Assembly (NCBI GenBank): GCA_965228855.1
Contig: CBDDIJ010000005.1
Location: 480,001 to 544,000, forward strand
Length of the DNA: 64,000 nucleotides
Reading direction: 5' to 3'
Source: Candidatus Obscuribacterales bacterium
GTDB lineage: Bacteria; Cyanobacteriota; Vampirovibrionia; Obscuribacterales; Obscuribacteraceae
Shown here: positions 57,909-64,000 of the stretch, piece after piece
Numbering within the stretch: the stretch's first letter is position 1
Layout: every line of letters begins with the position of its first letter
The notes under the pieces: model-generated
Told to the model about the DNA's origin: nothing
Seen by the model: the letters and a program-made list of their open reading frames with translations, nothing else
The model's database searches: none
Program-made: the position numbers and the translations under genes

Positions 57909-58319
57909 TTAGTGAAGGCAATGTTTAGCTAACGCAAACGCTGATACGGGCGCAACCAAAACCACGATCGAAAAAACGGTTCCCAATGTCCATAATTGCG
58001 GTCCATGCGTTCCATCTTTATTCTTGAAAAGCGCATCCAGAGCCGGTCCCAGACAGTAGCAAAGGTTCCAGCCAAAGGCCGCAACTACGAACAGGACAAA
58101 CATCATTATCGGTTCTACTGCATCCTCGCCGGGTTTTACCATGTCTACGGCGAGAAACTCAAAGACAAAAATAGTGGCAAAAGTAGTGACCATCGCTATC
58201 ATGTTGTATGGAACGCGGTGCAGTTCCCACCAGGCCATGATGTCCATATAATGGGCTTCCGCACTCATCGGTTTAAAAAGACTGATTTTAACCGGCGTTC
58301 TTTTCACTTGATTGCTCAT
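57909..58319 (-). CDS. Small membrane protein (3 TM)
   Basis: WWELHRVPYN motif, three hydrophobic segments, GGGAG RBS. Confidence 0.7.
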   Translation of the reverse strand: MSNQVKRTPVKISLFKPMSAEAHYMDIMAWWELHRVPYNMIAMVTTFATIFVFEFLAVDMVKPGEDAVEPIMMFVLFVVAAFGWNLCYCLGPALDALFKNKDGTHGPQLWTLGTVFSIVVLVAPVSAFALAKHCLH

Positions 58320-58442
58320 GCTCCCCCGTCCGATCGTTTCATTTATTCGGCATGATATTCAGGATAGATCAAGGAAGACCCGCTCGAGCGCCCAGCGTCA
58401 GAAGTCTTACGATCATCTTTTGAGAAGTTAACAGTCGAAAGA

Positions 58443-59606
58443 CTAAATTTTCAAATACTCTTTGACTAAACCAATTAAACGATCGACTTCCGATTCATCA
58501 TTGAAAAAGTGCACTGCAACTCGCACCCAGCCATGGCGCACAGTAGTTAGAACACCATTCTCCAGAAACATCTTGTATAGCTGCTCAGAATCAGCGCGCG
58601 GATGATGGAAGGAAACGATACCTGACCAGTACTCGTCCCAGCGCGGGGAAACAACGGTGAAATCCAGGGTCGAAAGCGCCCCGGCGAGGCGGTTTGTCAG
58701 AGCATGAATCCGCTTGGAAATGTTCTCGACGCCTTCTTCCAAAATCAAATCGATGCTCGCACCGAGTGCCGCAATCCCTGGAAAATTTGGCGTTCCCTCT
58801 TCAAATCGGCGAGCGGAATTGAACAGCCTGGATTCGCACGATGCAAAGGAACTCAACTCTGTGTTGAACGGATCGTCTACGCTCAACCAGCCAAGGTTCG
58901 GCACCCAGGGCTCCTCTAGCCAATCTTGCTTCACATACAAAAGCCCGACCCCGGGCGGGGAAAGAAGCCACTTTTGCGAACCCGCAGCGACGAAATCAGC
59001 CTTGCAGTCAGTCGCGGAGAACGGCAGTGCACCTAAGCCTTGAATGGCATCGACGACGAAAGTAATGTCGTTTTCCGCACAGAATGCGCCAAGCTCATTC
59101 ATGTCGCGCCGGCATCCATCATCGTATTGGACGAAACTAACTGCTAACAGACGCGTCTTGTCCGTCACCATATTCGCCACCGATTTCGGTGTCACTAACG
59201 GACGAGCCAGATCATCACGTTCTGGCGGTAACCACTTAATTTTGACGCCAAGCGGCTCCAGCGACAGCCACGGAAATACGTTGGAGGGAAACTCGTGTTC
59301 CGGCAGGATTATCTCATCATCCGGCTCCCATGGAATCATACGAGATGCAAGCCACAGTCCTGTACCGGTGTTTTTGGTAAACGCGACATTCTTAGCGTCG
59401 CAGTCTAAAAGCCTCGCGGCACTCTCTCGCGTTCTCTTAACGGTCGCCATCCACGCGCCGAACGCAGCCGAGCCTTCCTCCATCAGCATGGTGTTGAACC
59501 TGTCTGCCGCTTCATAAGTAGGCACAGGAATAGGCCCGCTAGCCGAACTCATGAAGTAGGCGTAGCGTCGCTTTATTGGAAATAATTCTCGAAGTCGCTC
59601 CAGCAT
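58443..59606 (-). CDS. Class V PLP-dependent enzyme (cysteine desulfurase/lyase-like)
   Basis: EFPSNVFPW, VVDAIQGLG, GSQKWLLSPPGVG, RFEEGTPN; start inferred at ATG 59606. Confidence 0.85.
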   Translation of the reverse strand: MLERLRELFPIKRRYAYFMSSASGPIPVPTYEAADRFNTMLMEEGSAAFGAWMATVKRTRESAARLLDCDAKNVAFTKNTGTGLWLASRMIPWEPDDEIILPEHEFPSNVFPWLSLEPLGVKIKWLPPERDDLARPLVTPKSVANMVTDKTRLLAVSFVQYDDGCRRDMNELGAFCAENDITFVVDAIQGLGALPFSATDCKADFVAAGSQKWLLSPPGVGLLYVKQDWLEEPWVPNLGWLSVDDPFNTELSSFASCESRLFNSARRFEEGTPNFPGIAALGASIDLILEEGVENISKRIHALTNRLAGALSTLDFTVVSPRWDEYWSGIVSFHHPRADSEQLYKMFLENGVLTTVRHGWVRVAVHFFNDESEVDRLIGLVKEYLKI

Positions 59607-59944
59607 TCTCGTGCGATGAAGTTGATACCACCACAATAATTTCAAAGCATGACGCCACGCGACATGAAACGCAAATCACAAACGGTCAGATTAGAAACAT
59701 ATAGCATTTGCGTGCGGTTTCAAACCACTCACAGCTGTCCGGCATCTGAAGCGGGTTTTAAGAGATTGCCCGAAACAATATCGATATAAAGTGGTGGCAT
59801 ATTGGGTGGCAAAACAGCCTCCACAATTGTCAACAGATCAACAAGGATATATCCTTTGTATCAGTAGGAAACATTTTGCGCGGCCGGTTGTAATGACGCC
59901 TGCGCTGTAGATCGAGCGAACTTCATTTGAGGAGGAAACGGCAG

Positions 59945-61471
59945 ATGGCAGTCACACAGAGCAGTGCCGTGACGACGTGCAAACTGTTAGTGGGCGGCGA
60001 ATGGATCGATTCCAGCGCCACAGAATTTTCGGAAGTCTTCAACCCGTCCACAGGCGAAGTTATCGCCAAAGTTCCAGTGGGAAAGACCGACGACGTAAAC
60101 AAGGCCGTTCAAGCGGCTAAAGAAGCATTTCTCGAATGGCGAGAAGTGCCAATCGTAGAGCGCGCTCGCGTGATGTTTCGCTTCAAGGCTCTTCTAGAAG
60201 CCAACTACGAAGAAATCGCTCGCTGTGTCACCCGTGAGCACGGCAAGACACTTGCAGAAGCCAGAGCGTCCGTACAACGCGGTATAGAAGTCGTGGAGTT
60301 CGCTTGCGGCATTCCAAGTCTTATCATGGGCGAGTCGATGGAAAACATCGCTCGCAATGTCGATTGCGAAACCATCAGGCATCCTCTCGGTGTATGCGTC
60401 GGCATCACACCTTTTAACTTCCCAGCCATGGTTCCACTGTGGATGTATCCGGTCGCGTTGACCTGCGGCAATACCTTCGTTTTGAAACCATCGGAGAAGG
60501 TGCCGTTAGCGTCGATGCTGATTGCGGAGCTTTTGATAAAAGCCGGAATTCCGAAAGGCGTATTCAACATCGTTCACGGCGGTAAAGAGTCTGTAGACGC
60601 GCTTCTCGAACATCCGGATGTGCGCGCTGTTTCATTCGTCGGTTCGACTCCAATCGCGAAATACATCTACGAGAAAGGAACGAAACACGGAAAGCGCGTT
60701 CAATCCGCCGGTGGCGCGAAAAACCACATCATAATCATGCCGGATGCCGACATGGAGCAAACCGTTCAAGCCCTGCAAGCGTCAGCCTTCGGCTGCGCGG
60801 GCGAGCGCTGCATGGCAGGTAGTCTGGCTCTTCCCGTCGGCGAAGCAGCCGACCAACTCGTTCCGATGCTTGTGAAATCGGCTGAGAAAATGAGGATAGG
60901 TAGAACCGATGTCGGCGAAAACGCGGATATGGGACCTGTTATAACCGCTCAGCATTTGAAGCACGTGCGCGGCATGATCGACAAAGGCGAGGCTGAAGGC
61001 GCCAAAATCGCGCTCGATGGAAGAACTGTCAAGGTTGCGGATGCACCTAACGGCTACTTCATCGGACCAACCGTTATAGACCAGGCTAAGCCGGAAATGT
61101 CCGTTGTCAAAGATGAGATCTTTGGACCGGTATTATCGGTGGTGCGCTGCGAAACTATCCAGGACGCTATCGGCGTCGGAGAAAAATGCGAATTCGGCAA
61201 CGGGGCCGTCATCTTCACGAACAGCGGTTCCGCCGCGCGCGAATTCAAGCGTTACTTCAATGCCGGTATGATTGGAATCAACGTTGGTGTTCCTGCACCA
61301 ATGGCCTGGTTCCCCTTCACAGGCTGGAATCATTCATTCTTCGGCGACCTGCACATACAGGGGCGCGAGGGAATCCAGTTCTACACCCAACAAAAAATGA
61401 CGATGACTCGCTGGTTCAGCGATAAGTCGGGCAAATTCCAGGATCCAATCTGGAAAGCTCGTCAGAAATAA
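59945..61471 (+). CDS. mmsA: CoA-acylating (methyl)malonate-semialdehyde dehydrogenase
   Basis: ITPFNFPAMVPLW, KPSEKVP, GGAKNH, AFGCAGERCMA, EIFGPVL, GINVGVPAP; GAGGAGG RBS. Confidence 0.93.
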   Translation: MAVTQSSAVTTCKLLVGGEWIDSSATEFSEVFNPSTGEVIAKVPVGKTDDVNKAVQAAKEAFLEWREVPIVERARVMFRFKALLEANYEEIARCVTREHGKTLAEARASVQRGIEVVEFACGIPSLIMGESMENIARNVDCETIRHPLGVCVGITPFNFPAMVPLWMYPVALTCGNTFVLKPSEKVPLASMLIAELLIKAGIPKGVFNIVHGGKESVDALLEHPDVRAVSFVGSTPIAKYIYEKGTKHGKRVQSAGGAKNHIIIMPDADMEQTVQALQASAFGCAGERCMAGSLALPVGEAADQLVPMLVKSAEKMRIGRTDVGENADMGPVITAQHLKHVRGMIDKGEAEGAKIALDGRTVKVADAPNGYFIGPTVIDQAKPEMSVVKDEIFGPVLSVVRCETIQDAIGVGEKCEFGNGAVIFTNSGSAAREFKRYFNAGMIGINVGVPAPMAWFPFTGWNHSFFGDLHIQGREGIQFYTQQKMTMTRWFSDKSGKFQDPIWKARQK

Positions 61472-61523
61472 GTTGCGATTCAACATCAGATAAACCGAGG
61501 CATCCACTCACATAGCCTCAGCA

Positions 61524-61553
61524 AGAAGAGGACGGTAATAACCGTCCTCTTCT
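61524..61553. terminator. Bidirectional terminator hairpin
   Basis: AGAAGAGGACGGT-AATA-ACCGTCCTCTTCT, a perfect 13-bp stem between convergent genes. Confidence 0.7.
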
Positions 61554-61590
61554 ACATTGTATGAACTGTCTGGGGTAAAAACCTTGTGTT

Positions 61591-62397
61591 CTACAAACTG
61601 CTTTTCTTCTCCACCAGGGTTTTGGCGAACGGCTTATTGTCGGGGGCAGCAGAGCGAACTTCGTTCTGAGTAGAACTCGCAGCGTCGACACACGCCTCCT
61701 TGTCGCAGCCGGAGTTCTTCGACGGCGCCGTTCCCGAAGCGTCACTGACTCTGGAAGTTCCAGCCTCCGGCTCCTGGCAGATCGGATGGTCGAAAATCAC
61801 TTGCTCACCTGGAAGGTGCGCATATCGTCCGTTGGCGTTCGATCCCTCTTTTGGAAAATCTATCGCTGCCAATTCAGCCTCTGTGATCTTTCCTTTGCGG
61901 CATTCATCAGCCCAGGTGTCCAGGAGTGCCACAAGTTTCTTCTTAAAGATCCATCCACTTGTATTCGCGATGCATTTCTCCGGATCTTCGCCTTTCAATC
62001 GAGCTTTATAGACGGCGACGAATCCACTGGACCTGTCCATACCGATCGAACATGAAACGTAGACGGGTAGATACTTGGGATCATTCATGACCTTCAAAAA
62101 GTGATAAACCTGTTTTGTGGGTCGATGAAAGAAGCCGACAGGAAAGTGAAAGTAATTCATACCCAACTCGTGCGCGAGCTTCTCCTTACCAGGCTGACCG
62201 TTCATCCTTATACTAACGATCGTTTTGATACCATATTCTTTTTTGAGCATTGGGATGTGATCGTCGTCAGCATCTCGTCCTGTGTATAAGTTGTCATCGA
62301 TCTTGGTGATATGCGTGTGATCCTTCCAATCGCCTGGTCCAAACACAGGAACGAGCATAATGATTAACGACATCAATATGGGCAGCAGTGTCATCAT
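61591..62397 (-). CDS. Exported dual-specificity/tyrosine phosphatase-fold protein
   Basis: N-terminal hydrophobic segment; GIKTIVSIR; PVYVSCSIGMDRSS (CX5R P-loop). Confidence 0.75.
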   Translation of the reverse strand: MMTLLPILMSLIIMLVPVFGPGDWKDHTHITKIDDNLYTGRDADDDHIPMLKKEYGIKTIVSIRMNGQPGKEKLAHELGMNYFHFPVGFFHRPTKQVYHFLKVMNDPKYLPVYVSCSIGMDRSSGFVAVYKARLKGEDPEKCIANTSGWIFKKKLVALLDTWADECRKGKITEAELAAIDFPKEGSNANGRYAHLPGEQVIFDHPICQEPEAGTSRVSDASGTAPSKNSGCDKEACVDAASSTQNEVRSAAPDNKPFAKTLVEKKSSL

Positions 62398-62634
62398 GAT
62401 ACGTCCCTCGGGTTCCTCTATGGGGTCTGAGATTTATAGACCTTATGTAGCACGACTTCACAGGGCGTAGCCGATCCGACTGTCCGCCACGCCTCGACCA
62501 GGAAATTTCCATGATTCCTGCAATTGGGTGAAAAGCTATGCCGGCGAGCCTTATCGCCTTGAGAGCCATTAAAACTAAGTGTACAATTGGCGAAATTTGA
62601 AATTAGTAGCGACTGCACCGATGAAAGGTCTTCC

Positions 62635-63699
62635 ATGCGAAATCGTCTTCTGCCAACACTTCTTGCCGGTCTTCTTTTATCTTCTCAATCAGCACTTGCC
62701 TGCACGGATTTTGCGCTAAAAACCGACAGCAACGGTTTTATCGCAGCCAGAAGCATGGAGTGGAGCTCGGATCTACAGTCGCGCCTGGTAATTCATAGCC
62801 GTGGCGAGTCACGGAAAGCGCACAGTGAAGGCGGCGAACCGATAACCTGGAAAGCAAAATTCGGGTACGTTGGTGTGGATGCGAATCATCTCGATGCCAT
62901 CGTAGATGGTGTCAATGAAAAAGGTTTATCTTTCGGTCTGCTTTGGATGCCACTATACACAAGATACCCGGAAGTGGCAGCTGGAGCCAAGACTATCGAT
63001 GTTACCGATCTTGGATCGTGGCTGATGGGAAATTTCGAAACTGTCGAGGAGGTAAAGGAGGCGCTAAAATCAGTCGCAGTCTCGGCGAGCAACCTGCCGA
63101 GCTTCGGAGGAATTCCAACCGCGCACCTCGCTGTTCACGACGCAAAGGGCAATCACTTGGTGGTCGAATGGATCGACGGCAAACAAATCATTTCCGACAA
63201 CCCAACCACCGTGCTCACGAACGCACCACCATTCGATTGGCAGTTGATCAACCTGACCAACTTCATGATGGTAGATTCAAAAAATCCCAAGCCGATACAA
63301 ATTCAAGGCAGCGTTCTAAGTCCTCCCGGACAGGGTGGCGGTTTCCAGGGATTACCAGGAGACTGGACACCACCTTCGCGATTTGTAAGAACATGCGCGA
63401 TGCTAAGATTCGCAAAACCGGCCAAGGACACCACATCTGGTATCAACCTTGCCGAGCACATCTTGAATGCGGTGGACATCCCAAAGGGGGAGATCCGCAC
63501 AACAGTGGATGGGCAGGAGTTTACGGATTACACGCAGTGGGTGGTAATAAAAGATTTGACCGATCCGGCAATCTACTTTAGAACCTACGACAACCTGACG
63601 CTGCGGAAGTTAGATCTAAAAACTATAGATTTCTCCGGAAGCGACAAATTGCGCTATATTGAAATCAGCGGTGGAGCCGCGTGGCAAGCGGTAGATTAG
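62635..63699 (+). CDS. Choloylglycine hydrolase/penicillin V acylase family Ntn hydrolase, exported
   Basis: Signal peptide SALA|CTDF (N-terminal nucleophile Cys), ARSMEW, DGVNEKGL, LTNAPPF, LPGDWTPPSRFVR. Confidence 0.9.
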   Translation: MRNRLLPTLLAGLLLSSQSALACTDFALKTDSNGFIAARSMEWSSDLQSRLVIHSRGESRKAHSEGGEPITWKAKFGYVGVDANHLDAIVDGVNEKGLSFGLLWMPLYTRYPEVAAGAKTIDVTDLGSWLMGNFETVEEVKEALKSVAVSASNLPSFGGIPTAHLAVHDAKGNHLVVEWIDGKQIISDNPTTVLTNAPPFDWQLINLTNFMMVDSKNPKPIQIQGSVLSPPGQGGGFQGLPGDWTPPSRFVRTCAMLRFAKPAKDTTSGINLAEHILNAVDIPKGEIRTTVDGQEFTDYTQWVVIKDLTDPAIYFRTYDNLTLRKLDLKTIDFSGSDKLRYIEISGGAAWQAVD

Positions 63700-63700
63700 C

Positions 63701-64000
63701 GTGTTGCCGAAACAGACCGAAGGACAATACTTTAAATCGACATTTCGCCTTCTTTTTGCGATCTGTACTATTGCGTCCATCTATTTGTCAGAACGATTCA
63801 TTTTCCCTTACATTCTGAAAGTATCCTGGCAGGGCACAGTGTTCGAAGAAGCCCTGTTTGTTACCCTTACCTGGTTTATCTCTTCAATGCTTGTCGGCTT
63901 CGCGACGGTCGGAATCGCACTTATCTACATCATGCGAATAGTTCAAACCCATGATAGGAATGAAGGCGAGGGAATCGACAAACCGCAACTCGCCAGGGAA
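63701..64000 (+). CDS. Membrane protein, truncated at the window edge
   Basis: Hand translation from GTG 63701 stays open to 64000: MLPKQTEGQYFKSTFRLLFAICTIASIYL...ALFVTLTWFISSMLVGFATVGIALIYIMR; two hydrophobic segments. Confidence 0.55.
   Translation, partial: MLPKQTEGQYFKSTFRLLFAICTIASIYLSERFIFPYILKVSWQGTVFEEALFVTLTWFISSMLVGFATVGIALIYIMRIVQTHDRNEGEGIDKPQLARE

Noticed and set aside
58443..59606. Calling the class V enzyme SufS/IscS
   Set aside because: The catalytic Cys loop (RxGxHC or SSGSAC) is missing and no Fe-S assembly genes are nearby.

Overview
Gene-dense bacterial chromosomal segment of roughly balanced GC. I found no mobile element, CRISPR array or rRNA. Cyanobacteria-like signalling and RNA-binding proteins without photosynthesis genes suggest a non-photosynthetic cyanobacterial relative such as Vampirovibrionia/Obscuribacterales; this is inference only. 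Contents, left to right: (1) the start of a reductive pyrimidine-catabolism operon (aminotransferase, nitrilase-type beta-ureidopropionase, PreT-like subunit) with a long structured leader; (2) an MBOAT/SGNH O-acylation pair with an unannotated 55-aa ORF between them; (3) a REC-HisKA-HATPase-REC-LRV hybrid kinase, an RRM protein and tRNA-Lys(UUU); (4) AlkA, proline dehydrogenase and an OmpR/HK pair; (5) a complete urate-to-glyoxylate-to-malate gene set; (6) a zinc-starvation locus (Fur/Zur, L33, two COG0523 GTPases, a SEL1 protein, Cys-free S18, a CooC-like ATPase) with two 7-2-7 palindromic operators; (7) lipA and a 2-oxoacid dehydrogenase operon; (8) three uncharacterised proteins with ~440-470-aa hendecad (11-residue) helical rods, followed by an ADP-ribosyltransferase-like gene, which is the best candidate for an undescribed system; (9) secreted repeat proteins, a class V PLP enzyme, mmsA, a CX5R phosphatase and an Ntn hydrolase. 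All assignments come from motif recognition by eye; no searches were run.
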